A stretch of DNA of 32,000 nt from Synechocystis sp. PCC 6803 substr. PCC-P (GCF_000284455.1 NC_017039.1:2010001-2042000); one strand, 5' to 3'; shown: positions 17,926-28,201, numbered from the stretch's first letter. The notes: generated by a model not told the origin, from the letters alone. Made by a program: numbers and translations.

Positions 17926-19449
17926 ATGAAGCGAATTATCCTCGCCCTGTTGACGGTTATTTCCCTGGTGCCCTTTTTACTTTCCCTGGTGGGAAGCTTA
18001 GAAGAACCCCAAGTACAGTCTCAGCTACAACTTTCCCAAACCAATCTGTTGTTGCAAGCTTCGGCTTGGCAGGGGAAGGGGGAATCGGGAACATGGCGGG
18101 AAACCCTGCAAACAGCCCTATTGGAAAGTCAACCCCAACAGGGAGGGTTAAAACAGTACGAAATAGCAGTCCAGGAATTGACTGACTATCTAGACCGGCT
18201 CAAAAATCAACAGGCGACCCTGGAGACATCCCCCAATGTCAATCCGGCCCCAATCCAAGCAGTCATTGCCAAAAATCAAAAGACCCTAAACCAAATTCAA
18301 ATTAATTTGGGGTTGCTCCAATACGCTGAGAATCAGACGCAAAAATCCCTCGATACTTGGCAATCTGTAGTGAGCAACGGTGAGCCAAATGAGCAAGAAA
18401 TCGCCACCGTGCTGATTGCTCTACAACAAGCCGAACCCATCCCCTCCAATGCGGAAGCGGTTATTAATAGCCAATTAAAGGGATGGTTTCGTTGGCAGGG
18501 ACTGACCCAGCTTTATCGCCGCCAAGGTAATCTTGAAAGCCTCGATCAGGTTTGTGATACCCCCGCCTGTGGAGCGTTGCAAACAGAAGTGGAAAAGGCT
18601 AGCCAGCGGGCCCTGGTGAAATTAGCCCTACTCAACAGCTTGCCTTTGTTGGGAGGAGGCATCGGTGTTTTGCTGATGATTGGACTGTTATTGCAATGGG
18701 CTTTGGGTCGGGAAAAGGCAATTCTAGCTACTAACGCCAAAACCAGATGGGACACTCCCTGGAATTGGGAAACCACTTGGCAGGTGTTGGTGGTGGGTTT
18801 CTTTTTTCCCAGCCAGATTGTTTTGCCGTTGGTGGTGGGGGTGTTACCTCTGCCCATGGCGGATTTGTCATTGATGGGCAAAGCCTTCTACGTATTGGCC
18901 ACCTATGGGGCGATCGCCGCAGTGGGTTTGGGGTCTTTATTCGTCTCCCTAAAGGACTTTCGTCCCCTACCCCAGGATTGGTTTACCCTGCGTCCTAACT
19001 TCGGAGCCATTTTGTGGGGCTTGGGAGGCTACCTGGTGGCATTGCCATTGGTGGTGTTGGTGTCCTTAGTAAATCAAGAAATTTGGCAGGGCCAGGGGGG
19101 CAGTAATCCCTTGCTTTCCCTTGCTTTGGATTCCCAAAATTGGTTAGTGCTAGGAATTTTCTTTTTTACCGCTGCCGTTTTAGCGCCGGTGTTTGAAGAA
19201 ATTATCTTCCGGGGCTTTCTCCTACCAGCCCTAACCCGCTACTTTCCCGTTAGTGTAGCCATTATTCTCAGCAGTTTACTGTTTGCCATCGCCCATTTGA
19301 ATGTGTCGGAAATTTTACCTTTATTTGTTTTGGGCTCCATTCTCGGCCTTGTTTATAGCCGTTCCCGCAATCTTTTATCTTCGATGATTCTCCACAGTCT
19401 CTGGAATAGTGGAACATTGTTAAGCCTATTTATTTTGGGTGGCAGTTGA
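17926..19449 (+). CDS. CPBP-family (Abi/CaaX-type) intramembrane metalloprotease
   Basis: C-terminal 'APVFEEIIFRGFLLPAL' (EExxxR), 'FAIAHLN' and 'ILHSLWNSGTLLSL' within a multi-pass protein. Start placed at ATG 17926 (MKRIILALL). The in-frame ATG at 17860 is the alternative. Confidence 0.9.
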   Translation: MKRIILALLTVISLVPFLLSLVGSLEEPQVQSQLQLSQTNLLLQASAWQGKGESGTWRETLQTALLESQPQQGGLKQYEIAVQELTDYLDRLKNQQATLETSPNVNPAPIQAVIAKNQKTLNQIQINLGLLQYAENQTQKSLDTWQSVVSNGEPNEQEIATVLIALQQAEPIPSNAEAVINSQLKGWFRWQGLTQLYRRQGNLESLDQVCDTPACGALQTEVEKASQRALVKLALLNSLPLLGGGIGVLLMIGLLLQWALGREKAILATNAKTRWDTPWNWETTWQVLVVGFFFPSQIVLPLVVGVLPLPMADLSLMGKAFYVLATYGAIAAVGLGSLFVSLKDFRPLPQDWFTLRPNFGAILWGLGGYLVALPLVVLVSLVNQEIWQGQGGSNPLLSLALDSQNWLVLGIFFFTAAVLAPVFEEIIFRGFLLPALTRYFPVSVAIILSSLLFAIAHLNVSEILPLFVLGSILGLVYSRSRNLLSSMILHSLWNSGTLLSLFILGGS

Positions 19450-19561
19450 ATGCTGATAGTGCCCTGATTTTGAAAGTAAGATTCTAGAATGGTGCTGGCA
19501 GGCCGAATTTTCCTCTAGCCCCCTAACCTGTGGTGAGTCGCCAGTGGACTGGTGAGTTTTT

Positions 19562-20002
19562 ATGGACTGGCTTTTCTATTTGTTCTTAACAGCCGTTTTT
19601 TACGTTTACCGTTTAGTCAGCCTGAAATCGAGAACAGAGCAGGAACGCATCGGTTCAACGCCGGTGTTTTTCTCTACCCTCGGTTTTTTTGCCATTTTTG
19701 AATTTGTTTTTGCGGACTCTTTGTTTAGACTGCCACTATTTCATGTTTTAGGGCTAATTTTTTCCTTTATTTGTGCTTTTACCATTTATATTTACCTGCG
19801 GAATTTAAAAAAGGAGGTAGAAGTGATTTTCGAAAAATTAGTCAAACAAAGTCAGGGCAAAGTGAGCGTACTGACTTTTATGCAACGTACTAACATGACT
19901 AAAGATGAAGCCATGGATTACTTAGACGCCAAATTACGCCAGCTCCCTGGCATCACCTACGAAACCCTGGGCAATATTTATTATGAATTTGACCGTTGGT
20001 AA
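19562..20002 (+). CDS. Hypothetical small membrane protein (146 aa) with N-terminal TM helices
   Basis: Complete ORF in the gap between two confident genes. Two hydrophobic spans, then 'LTFMQRTNMTKDEAMDYLDAKLRQLPGITYETLGNIYYEFDRW'. Confidence 0.7.
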   Translation: MDWLFYLFLTAVFYVYRLVSLKSRTEQERIGSTPVFFSTLGFFAIFEFVFADSLFRLPLFHVLGLIFSFICAFTIYIYLRNLKKEVEVIFEKLVKQSQGKVSVLTFMQRTNMTKDEAMDYLDAKLRQLPGITYETLGNIYYEFDRW

Positions 20003-20028
20003 GGGCTTCTGCGGTGGCCATCTAGACT

Positions 20029-21501
20029 TCAAGTCTGGGCCCAGGAACCGTGCAGGGGATAGGGAATGTGATGCTTTAACTTCAAAGTGGCGATCGCCGG
20101 AGCAGTAATGTCCTGAGCATCAAGAATCACTAGTTCGGAACGGTGCAAATCAGCTTTATAAATCAAGCAGAGCAACCAACCATCATCTTCAGCCACGCCA
20201 CCGGGTCGGGGCACAAAAATAGGTTCCCCGGCAAAACCATGGGGGGCAAAGGAACGTAGAGTTTCAGTGCCGGACTCTAGATCTACTTTGAGAATGGCCT
20301 GAAGGGGAGCATTGCCTGTGCTATGGTGTGCGGCTCCCATGTAAACATAGCGATATGGACGGCCAACCTGCTGGGGATGGACAACGGGAAACTCGCAACA
20401 ACGACTAACCATTAACTGTTTTTCCACCGTGGCTGCTGCGGGATCAATGGTGAAACGCCATAACTGTCCGGGATCTAAATTATCGAAATTCGTACTACGA
20501 AAATCCCCATCGGTGTCTACCTGGGGCAGGGAATTGTAACAAATGGAATCGAGGATTATTTTGCCATTTTCCTCAAAAGCGTTGGCATGGTGAAAAACAA
20601 AGCCTGCCTGTACCGGAATTCTTTTTATTTCTCCACCGTCCCTAGGAACGAGAATAATTTGAGCAGGTTTATCGGGATGAAATTGCACACATTCCCCTGC
20701 TCCTCGCAAACCGAAAAGGTAGGGTAACCCGTTGAGAGTAACGTTATTTTGCAGAAAAATGGCGTAATGGGGCGTGATCGCAAAATCATGAATAAAAGCA
20801 AAACCAGGAAAAGTTTCAGTTTTTTGCCGCAACAATTTACCCTGGGGGTCTAGCTCTAACAGGGTGAGGGTACTGCTCAAGCTGGATTTAATTGAAAAGG
20901 TCACATAGCAGGGTTGGCCCCCATCAAAAGTTGAAGCCGGATCAATGCGGGGATGGGCCGACAGGGGTTGCCCTTCCGCAAGAATGCCGCCCAAATCATC
21001 CAACCCAATGGTTGCTAAGTTTGATGGTTCCAAGCGATGGGGTTGTCCCCCTTCCCATAGGGCCAAGAGGCGATCGCCCCAGTAGGTAATGTTGGTGTTG
21101 GCAATGTTTTTTAGCCGTAAGTCAAAGATAGTTTTGAGCCAGCCCCCCGCCGGTTGGGAACCAAAGACGCCCCGATAGATCATTTTTCCCGCTTTTTGCT
21201 CTTCCACGTAACCCTGGGTGCGGACAAATTTGCTCTGGAAATGTACTCGACCGTCCCCAGGAAATTTAAAGGCTGTCACCATGCCGTCCCCGTCAAAGGG
21301 ATGCTTCAAAGGGCGATCGCCAATTTCCAATAATCCAGGGCCGTTGCGATAGAGCGTTCCCTGGAGGTCTGGGGGTATGCTCCCTTCCACGTCTTCGACC
21401 CAATAATCCCACTCCTGGGGCTGGGACTGGTAACCTCTCAGCCAATCCTGCGGACTGTAGGAGCGCTGCGATGGGGAACTGGTTGGGGGGGAAGTGACCA
21501 T
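20029..21501 (-). CDS. Apocarotenoid 15,15'-oxygenase (carotenoid cleavage oxygenase family)
   Basis: 'GTLYRNGPGLLEIGDRPLKHPFDGDGMV', 'FIHDFAITPHYAIFLQN', 'FHHANAFEENGKIILD' and 'HGFAGEPIFVPRPGG', including metal-binding histidine contexts. 490-aa product from ATG 21501. Confidence 0.95.
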   Translation of the reverse strand: MVTSPPTSSPSQRSYSPQDWLRGYQSQPQEWDYWVEDVEGSIPPDLQGTLYRNGPGLLEIGDRPLKHPFDGDGMVTAFKFPGDGRVHFQSKFVRTQGYVEEQKAGKMIYRGVFGSQPAGGWLKTIFDLRLKNIANTNITYWGDRLLALWEGGQPHRLEPSNLATIGLDDLGGILAEGQPLSAHPRIDPASTFDGGQPCYVTFSIKSSLSSTLTLLELDPQGKLLRQKTETFPGFAFIHDFAITPHYAIFLQNNVTLNGLPYLFGLRGAGECVQFHPDKPAQIILVPRDGGEIKRIPVQAGFVFHHANAFEENGKIILDSICYNSLPQVDTDGDFRSTNFDNLDPGQLWRFTIDPAAATVEKQLMVSRCCEFPVVHPQQVGRPYRYVYMGAAHHSTGNAPLQAILKVDLESGTETLRSFAPHGFAGEPIFVPRPGGVAEDDGWLLCLIYKADLHRSELVILDAQDITAPAIATLKLKHHIPYPLHGSWAQT

Positions 21502-21628
21502 GGTCAATGGGGAAGTTTGTTACATTTCTTTACTTTTACCATTGTAACGTTCTCCGCTCCGGGGAACTGGGGGTTAAAATCTATACGTAAAGAATCTGAA
21601 GTTTTTCCACTTTCGCCCAGGGAGGTAA

Positions 21629-21919
21629 ATGATGGCGACCGAAGTTTTAAACAAGCCCAGCAATAGCACAATCCGCAAACACGCCCCCCGTTACCGGGTC
21701 TTACTGCACAACGATGACTTCAACTCCATGGAGCATGTGGTGCAAACTTTGATCCAGACGGTGGCGGGCATGACCCAGCCCCAAGCGGTGGACATTATGA
21801 TGGAAGCCCACTTTAACGGCATGTCTTTGGTGATTACTTGTGAGTTGGAACACGCTGAGTTTTACTGTGAAACCCTGCGGAGTCACGGGCTGTCCAGCAC
21901 CATCGAACCGGACGAATAG
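21629..21919 (+). CDS. clpS: ATP-dependent Clp protease adaptor ClpS
   Basis: 'APRYRVLLHNDDFNSMEHVVQTLIQTVAGMTQPQAVDIMMEAHFNGMSLVITCELEHAEFYCETLRSHGLSSTIEPDE' is a full ClpS domain. Preceded by GGGAGG. Confidence 0.93.
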   Translation: MMATEVLNKPSNSTIRKHAPRYRVLLHNDDFNSMEHVVQTLIQTVAGMTQPQAVDIMMEAHFNGMSLVITCELEHAEFYCETLRSHGLSSTIEPDE

Positions 21920-21978
21920 GCCCTAATTTTTTCTTGATGACAACGGTTGATCCGGTGGAACTTCAGCGGCGGAGGGCA

Positions 21979-23175
21979 TTAGACATCCGTAACTCGCCAA
22001 CTAAGTTTGAGGTTGAACCAAAAGTTCCAGAGGGTCACTAGGGCGATCGCCAGGGCGTTGGCTAGGTAGCGGTTGAAGTGGGAAAAGTTAAAGAAGAAAT
22101 TCAACAGCCCCAGGTTAATGCCCAGGCCAGCCCAGCAGATCAGGTTAAATTTGAGCAGACGTTTACTGACTTGGGAGGGACTATTTTGTCCCTGGGTTAG
22201 ATCTTGAAAAGTCCAACGGTCATTCCAAAAAAAGTTGTTCAGGATGGCTAACTGGGCGGCGATGATCTTACTGCGGCTCAGGGGCAGATCTCCCAGGGAT
22301 GGTTCCGTGAGGATAAATAAAATGGCCATGTCCACCGCCACTCCGGTTAGCCCCACCGCGCAAAATTGCAAAAACCGGGAGGAAAGGGACAACCTCAGTT
22401 TGCATAGATGCTGGAGATATTCCACATACTGTCGCCAAGTGACCTTGCTTTGCCCCGATCGCCGTTCTTGAAAAACGTAGCCGACCTCCGCCAACCAACG
22501 GATGCGCCCCCGGGCCGTCACTTCAATGAGGATTTTGTAACCCACTGGACTGAGGGGACAATCGGCGATCGCCTGACGCCTAACCAAGAAAAAACCACTC
22601 ATGGGGTCGGACAGACGGCCAATTACCTCCGGCAGAATTAATAAACCTAGCATCTGGGCCCCCCGGGAAAGTAGCCTTCGCACTAAACTCCATTGACTGA
22701 CCCCCCCTCCTGATTGATGACGACTAGCCACTGCCAAATCTGCCCCCCGCTCCATTTCCGCCAACAGGGCCAGCAAGACCTGGGGAGGATGCTGTAAATC
22801 TGCATCAATAACTCCTAAAAAATTTCCCCTAGCTTCTTGCCAACCTCGAATCACCGCCGTGGATAAACCTCGTCCTTCTGTTCTTCTAATTACTCGCAAT
22901 TGGGGATAGGTGTCGCTTAAGTTAAAAGCCTTTTGCCAAGTTAAATCGGGACTGTCATCGTCCACCACAATCAACTCATACTGTCCAGACCAACGGTTTT
23001 CCAACAGTTTCACCAGGGTAGTTACCATGGCTTGGATATTTTCCCCTTCGTTATAGGTGGGCAACACTAGGGAAAGGAAAATACCATCGGCCTCCCCCAG
23101 CTTGGGCACTGTTAGGGCAGTGGCTGGCGATGGCAGGGGAAAATAGACCATGGACAGGGGCAGAAAAATTGACAA
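21979..23175 (-). CDS. Family 2 glycosyltransferase (dolichyl-phosphate mannose synthase-like) fused to a C-terminal GtrA-like membrane domain
   Basis: '[21 protein letters not shown]...[14 protein letters not shown]...[14 protein letters not shown]' (GT2), then '[22 protein letters not shown]...[11 protein letters not shown]' (GtrA-like). Confidence 0.92.
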   Translation of the reverse strand: MSIFLPLSMVYFPLPSPATALTVPKLGEADGIFLSLVLPTYNEGENIQAMVTTLVKLLENRWSGQYELIVVDDDSPDLTWQKAFNLSDTYPQLRVIRRTEGRGLSTAVIRGWQEARGNFLGVIDADLQHPPQVLLALLAEMERGADLAVASRHQSGGGVSQWSLVRRLLSRGAQMLGLLILPEVIGRLSDPMSGFFLVRRQAIADCPLSPVGYKILIEVTARGRIRWLAEVGYVFQERRSGQSKVTWRQYVEYLQHLCKLRLSLSSRFLQFCAVGLTGVAVDMAILFILTEPSLGDLPLSRSKIIAAQLAILNNFFWNDRWTFQDLTQGQNSPSQVSKRLLKFNLICWAGLGINLGLLNFFFNFSHFNRYLANALAIALVTLWNFWFNLKLSWRVTDV

Positions 23176-23321
23176 TAACCGTCCTAATTATGGCCTGTGA
23201 AAGGGCCAAGGGAAATTCCCCTCAGCTAAGGCTAGGTACAAGGGGAGCCCAACGAGTAAAATGCGATCGGGTTTTGAGCCCGTTTGGTTGTGACTCTTTT
23301 GTATTTCGTTGGAGAAAAATT

Positions 23322-23831
23322 GTGGATCTAAGCCGTATTCCTGCCCAGCCCAAAGCCGGTTTGATCAATGTGTTGATCGAAATTCCCGCAGGGAGCAAAA
23401 ATAAATACGAGTTCGACAAAGACATGAATTGCTTTGCCCTCGACCGGGTACTGTATTCCTCTGTGCAATATCCCTACGACTACGGTTTTATCCCCAACAC
23501 CCTGGCTGACGATGGCGATCCCCTCGATGGCATGGTGATTATGGACCAGCCCACTTTCCCCGGTTGCGTAATTACCGCCCGCCCCATTGGTATGTTGGAA
23601 ATGATTGACGGTGGCGATCGGGACGAAAAAATTCTTTGTGTTCCCGCCAAAGATCCCCGCTACACCTACGTTAAATCCATCAATGACCTGGCTGGGCACC
23701 GCTTGGATGAAATTGCCGAGTTCTTCCGCTCCTACAAAAATTTGGAGAAAAAGGTGACAGAAATTCTGGGCTGGAAAGATGTAGATGCAGTGCTGCCCTT
23801 GGTGGAAGAGTGCGTTAAGAACTACAAATAG
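23322..23831 (+). CDS. ppa: Soluble inorganic pyrophosphatase, family I (GTG start)
   Basis: '[70 protein letters not shown]'. GTG 23322 preceded by GGAG gives the expected ~169 aa. The track ORF (23130) is an upstream read-through frame. Confidence 0.96.
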   Translation: MDLSRIPAQPKAGLINVLIEIPAGSKNKYEFDKDMNCFALDRVLYSSVQYPYDYGFIPNTLADDGDPLDGMVIMDQPTFPGCVITARPIGMLEMIDGGDRDEKILCVPAKDPRYTYVKSINDLAGHRLDEIAEFFRSYKNLEKKVTEILGWKDVDAVLPLVEECVKNYK

Positions 23832-24094
23832 TAGTTGGGGTGGAGCTAACTGAACCGGTAAATCCTCTAAATTTTGTTTGCCCCCGGACTTCTTAATTTG
23901 GGGGGCTATGGGCTCAAATCGAGGGTCTTCCCCTGGCCCTAAAGCCCCCCTCCTATTAGTTGATAGGGGCGATAAGACTTTTAAATATCTTCTTCAAACA
24001 AGGGTTTGGCTGGATTCTTGCCATTGCCTGGTGACCGACCCCGGACAAATTTGTTTAGAATTACTCTTGATCTCCAGAGGCTTAGCTAATTGCC

Positions 24095-24460
24095 ATGCTT
24101 GTTAAATCCACTACCCGCCACGTCCGTATTTTTAGCGCTGAAGTACAAGGTAATGAACTGATTCCCAGTAACAATGTCTTGACCATGGATGTGGACCCCG
24201 ATAACGAATTTGTTTGGAATGAAGATGCTCTCCAACAGGTTTATCGTCGCTTCGATGAGTTGGTGGAGTCCTACAGTGGTGAAGATTTAACTGACTACAA
24301 TTTACGGCGCATTGGCTCGGATTTGGAGCATTTTATCCGTGACCTGTTGCAAGCAGGTAAAGTTAGTTACAACCTAGATTGTCGGGTGTTGAATTACAGC
24401 ATGGGGCTGCCCAAGGTGGAAAATCAGGAAACTGCAGGAAAATATTGGCTGGATAACTAA
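24095..24460 (+). CDS. ndhM: NAD(P)H-quinone oxidoreductase subunit M
   Basis: '[85 protein letters not shown]' matches NdhM. Confidence 0.94.
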   Translation: MLVKSTTRHVRIFSAEVQGNELIPSNNVLTMDVDPDNEFVWNEDALQQVYRRFDELVESYSGEDLTDYNLRRIGSDLEHFIRDLLQAGKVSYNLDCRVLNYSMGLPKVENQETAGKYWLDN

Positions 24461-24501
24461 CTTGGTATCAATTGACCATAACTGGAGGGAGGCTTAACAC
24501 T

Positions 24502-25878
24502 GTGCTCGATCGCCATTGGCATAATCAAAATAATTGTCGGCCAAGCTATTGGTCCCATGTGACCACTGTGCTGACGATATGTCTGCTGGCGATCGCCATG
24601 GGTTTAGGGGGTTGTCAATCTTTATCGGCATCGTCCCCGCCCCCCTTAATTAAAACTAGCGAACCAGTGCAGTTGGGCAACCTGCGGGAAGTATCTCCCC
24701 CCAAAACAATACAAGCCCTAGCCTCCAGCTTTAATCAATACCAACCCCAGGTAACAATCCTCTCCCCGGCCCCCGATACGGTGCTCAAAAAGACCACAGT
24801 GGCGGTGAAACTCCGGGCGGAAGACCTACCCCTGAACCAAAATGACACTGTTCCCCTGCGGGCCCATGTCCATCTAATTTTGGATAACGAACCCTATCGG
24901 GCGATTTATAACCTAGACCAACCCATTGTCCTAGAAGATTTGGAGCCGGGCACCCATACCCTGCGGGCCTTTCCTGTCCGCCCTTGGCACGAAAGCTATA
25001 AAAACGATGGGGCCTATGCCCAAGTTACTTTCCACGTTCTCACCAAAACCGACAGCAATAATCCAGACTCCGACCTACCCCTATTGACCTATAGCCGTCC
25101 CAAGGGAGACTATGGCGCTGAACCAATTCTTTTGGACTACTATTTAACCAACGCTCCCCTCCACATTGCAGCGACCAATGATGCTGACTTGAGCGATTGG
25201 CGCATCCGGGTCACTGTCAATGATGAAAGTTTTTTGGTGGACCAATGGCAACCCATTTACCTGGAAGGCTTTGAAACCGGGGAAAATTGGCTCAAATTGG
25301 AGTTCATTGACGAAGCGGGCAACCTAGTGGCTAACCGTTTTAACAACACAGTGCGGGTGATCAATTACCAACCTGATGGCCAGGATGCCTTTTCCCGTTT
25401 AATGCGAGGGGATGTGCCCTTAGCGGAAGCCTACACTATGGTCGGCTTGGACCGCCCCTTTGGAGTGGAGCCTGTGGAGGAAGCGGGAGAGCCGGAGCAA
25501 TTGGTGGAAACTGCGCCGGAACCTGCCATTCAAACGGAAGCAACGGAATCAGTTGAACTCGATCAACAGGTTGAAGTGGAGGAAACGGAAGTAGTAGTGG
25601 AAGAAGTTCCCCTTGCCGCTCCAAAGGAGACCATACAGGATTTGAACACTTCCCCAGAGGGCATTACAGAAGAAAATATTTCCGAGTCCCCCCCACAACT
25701 ATCCCCAGATATCCAACAGCCTGAAGCGGTGGAGGAACCGGAGTTAGTAGGGGAGACAGAAGAGGAAATACTGCAGACAATGGTAGAGGAAAAGGTGATT
25801 GAAGAAGAAATTACTGAGCTTCCGACAGCACCTTCAGAACCGTTGGATAAACTGACCCCTACTCCCTCAGATAGTTGA
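24502..25878 (+). CDS. Putative lipoprotein with Ig-like/FixG-like repeats and a Glu/Pro-rich C-terminal tail (GTG 24502 or TTG 24472 start)
   Basis: Signal sequence 'VLTICLLAIAMGLGGCQSLSAS' with lipobox LGGC. Beta-rich body. C-terminus 'EATESVELDQQVEVEETEVVVEEVP...EEPELVGETEEEILQTMVEEKVIEEEIT'. Confidence 0.78.
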   Translation: MLDRHWHNQNNCRPSYWSHVTTVLTICLLAIAMGLGGCQSLSASSPPPLIKTSEPVQLGNLREVSPPKTIQALASSFNQYQPQVTILSPAPDTVLKKTTVAVKLRAEDLPLNQNDTVPLRAHVHLILDNEPYRAIYNLDQPIVLEDLEPGTHTLRAFPVRPWHESYKNDGAYAQVTFHVLTKTDSNNPDSDLPLLTYSRPKGDYGAEPILLDYYLTNAPLHIAATNDADLSDWRIRVTVNDESFLVDQWQPIYLEGFETGENWLKLEFIDEAGNLVANRFNNTVRVINYQPDGQDAFSRLMRGDVPLAEAYTMVGLDRPFGVEPVEEAGEPEQLVETAPEPAIQTEATESVELDQQVEVEETEVVVEEVPLAAPKETIQDLNTSPEGITEENISESPPQLSPDIQQPEAVEEPELVGETEEEILQTMVEEKVIEEEITELPTAPSEPLDKLTPTPSDS

Positions 25879-25938
25879 GCAAGAATTACCAGCGCTATGG
25901 TTTCCCAGAGTATTGCTTGAGCCTGGGTGAATCAGCTT

Positions 25939-27555
25939 TTAGGTGGTAAAAGTCCTATCTTTAATGCTTTGATCAGATAAATCTTGCCAACCGAATAATC
26001 GGCCAATGGCGATCGCCTGGGCTTGGGGCATTTGGCCATGGGAAAAGGCCCAGGGTAAATGGGGGCAGAGTTCCGCCATCTGGGTTTGGAACCAATCTAA
26101 AACGTAGGGACTGCCGTAGACGATTAATCCCTGTAAGGATGGATGGGTTAAACATTGGCGATACAGCGCTTGGGTTGCAGATGTTAAACCCGCAGTGCCC
26201 CGGAAGGGATTGCCCCGAATAAATACCTGGAGTAAAAATGGATTTTGACCAAGGGGATAGTGTTCCAACAATTCTGGAGTGAGGATTTTGACTGTGTATC
26301 CTCCTTTCACCGGCAAAGTTAGAGCAGGACAAGCCCGGTCAAGGAAATCGGCGGTAAGTAAATCATCCACAATAACTAAATTTTTTCCCGGTTGATCGCC
26401 TAGGTTGGCAATGGGCAAATCTCCCTCGCTTTGCAGTGCTGCAGTGAGAATTTGATCCACTAATTTGCGGCCGGGCCCAGTTTGTAAATTAATGGTGAAA
26501 TTGTTCGGATCAGGGGCGGGGGCTAATTTTTCCTTGGCAGTTAATACCCGTTGCAAAGATTGTTCAATTCTCTCCTCCGTTAAACGACCCGATTCCACCG
26601 CCTCGGCGATCGCCGCAATCACAGTTACTGGATCTGGTGGCATTAAGAGAATATCCACCCCTGCTTCCAAAGCCCGTACCGCCACTTCCCTAGGGCTAGC
26701 AATGTCCGTAATTCCCCCCATAATCAGCGCATCGGTGACAATGATGCCGTCAAAACCGAGTTTTTGTCTTAATTGTCCAGTCAAAATGGCCGGGGATAAA
26801 GTTGCCGGATTACTATCGTCCCAAGCAGGGACAAGAATATGGGCAGTCATCACACTATCCACCCCTTGGGCGATCGCCTGCTGAAAAGGAAGCAACTCTA
26901 AGGTTTCCAGTCGGTCGATGGGGTGGGGAATAACGGGCAAATGTAAATGGGAATCGGTGCTAGTGTCCCCATGGCCAGGGAAGTGTTTAGCAGAATTTAG
27001 CACAGGAAATTGCTGGGTTCCCGTAATAAATTCCCGCACTAAAGTCCCCACAATCTCCGGGGTTTCCCCAAAGGCCCGCACATTAATTACTGGATTGTTA
27101 GGATTATTATTCACATCGGCGATCGGGGCCAAAATCCAATTCAAGCCCACCGCTAGGGCCTCCTGGGCAATCACTTCCCCCATCTGCTTGGCATATTGTT
27201 GAGCCAAGTCTAAATCTTGCTCGGCAATGCTGCCTAAAGCCATGGGAGGGGGAAACCAAGTGGCACCGGAGAATCTCTGCCCCACCCCCTCCTCAATGTC
27301 AGCGGCTAAAAGTAATGGCGTCGGAGCCCAACTTTGTAACTGAGCAGTGCGTAAAGCTAATTCAGCCCCACTGCCCCCTAAGAGAATTACCCCGCCCAAA
27401 TTAAGGTTTGCTAACCAATTCTGCAGAGTTTGATTGGGAGCTTCCCAAGCAGGGTAACGAATTTGATGGTCAAACAAAAATCCTGAGGCCCGCACCACAA
27501 TTAATTGGCCGATTTTTTCTCGTAAAGTCCAATTGCCGGGGTTGATGGCCGCCAT
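25939..27555 (-). CDS. nagZ: Glycoside hydrolase family 3, beta-N-acetylhexosaminidase-like
   Basis: 'LREKIGQLIVVRASG', 'LAADIEEGVGQRFSGATWFPPPMAL', 'SAKHFPGHGDTSTDSHLHLPVI' (KHFPGHGDT) and 'GFDGIIVTDALIMGGI'. Confidence 0.92.
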   Translation of the reverse strand: MAAINPGNWTLREKIGQLIVVRASGFLFDHQIRYPAWEAPNQTLQNWLANLNLGGVILLGGSGAELALRTAQLQSWAPTPLLLAADIEEGVGQRFSGATWFPPPMALGSIAEQDLDLAQQYAKQMGEVIAQEALAVGLNWILAPIADVNNNPNNPVINVRAFGETPEIVGTLVREFITGTQQFPVLNSAKHFPGHGDTSTDSHLHLPVIPHPIDRLETLELLPFQQAIAQGVDSVMTAHILVPAWDDSNPATLSPAILTGQLRQKLGFDGIIVTDALIMGGITDIASPREVAVRALEAGVDILLMPPDPVTVIAAIAEAVESGRLTEERIEQSLQRVLTAKEKLAPAPDPNNFTINLQTGPGRKLVDQILTAALQSEGDLPIANLGDQPGKNLVIVDDLLTADFLDRACPALTLPVKGGYTVKILTPELLEHYPLGQNPFLLQVFIRGNPFRGTAGLTSATQALYRQCLTHPSLQGLIVYGSPYVLDWFQTQMAELCPHLPWAFSHGQMPQAQAIAIGRLFGWQDLSDQSIKDRTFTT

Positions 27556-27671
27556 AATTTTCGCTTTGCTTATTGTTAAAATACTAAATAGTTAAAAATC
27601 AATTTCTAGTTGGGTCAAGCTTAACGAATTTAGTTTCATTGATTGCCAAAAAAAACTGATTTTAGTAATCA

Positions 27672-28091
27672 TTAAATGGACATAAAACGTTGCTGATAAT
27701 CTTCCAAAAGTAGCTTGGTAAAACTATTAAGGGGAAAATCCAATGCTTCTAGGGGAGTGACCCATTCCCATTCAACAATTTCCTCATTGGGAATCACCTG
27801 AGTGGACTCACAACGGGCGTAGTAGTTTAATAAAACAAAATGGGCTGGGCAATGGAACTGTTCATCATTCACCGCTTCCTGTACCAAAGCAAACTTTATT
27901 TCCCGTAGATCTAACCCCACTTCTTCTTGGAATTCCCGTTTTAGGGCCGCTTCTAATGTTTCTCCCCATTCCACCTTTCCCCCAGGCACCCCCCAGGTGC
28001 CCCGCCATTTGGTGGTTTTGACAATTAAAACTCGGCCGTCGGGGGCAGTAACCAGCGCACCAACCGTAGCTAAGGGAAATTGGGGAGGCAT
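27672..28091 (-). CDS. NUDIX hydrolase (MutT-like)
   Basis: NUDIX box 'GGKVEWGETLEAALKREFQEEVGLDL' preceded by 'TTKWRGTWGVPGG'. Confidence 0.95.
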   Translation of the reverse strand: MPPQFPLATVGALVTAPDGRVLIVKTTKWRGTWGVPGGKVEWGETLEAALKREFQEEVGLDLREIKFALVQEAVNDEQFHCPAHFVLLNYYARCESTQVIPNEEIVEWEWVTPLEALDFPLNSFTKLLLEDYQQRFMSI

Positions 28092-28201
28092 GGCAGGGAA
28101 AAATTATGGCAATTTTTGACGGGGTGATCATACCATGGTTAGCTGGGGAACTTGTTGTTCTTAGTTCAATATCTGGTAGTCAGCTAGTACTTAATCAATT
28201 T

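Noticed and set aside
21979-23175. GT2-GtrA fusion considered as a novel architecture
   Set aside because: Dolichyl-phosphate-mannose-synthase-like enzymes fused to GtrA domains are common in bacteria and archaea.
23130-23321. 5' extension of the ppa ORF in the track
   Set aside because: It overlaps the divergent glycosyltransferase start and has no homology to family I pyrophosphatases. The GTG at 23322 with upstream GGAG gives the expected protein.
23878-24105. 75-aa plus-strand ORF between ppa and ndhM
   Set aside because: It overlaps the ndhM start, translates the G/C-block repeat-like region, has a low-complexity N-terminus and shows no family resemblance. Likely chance.
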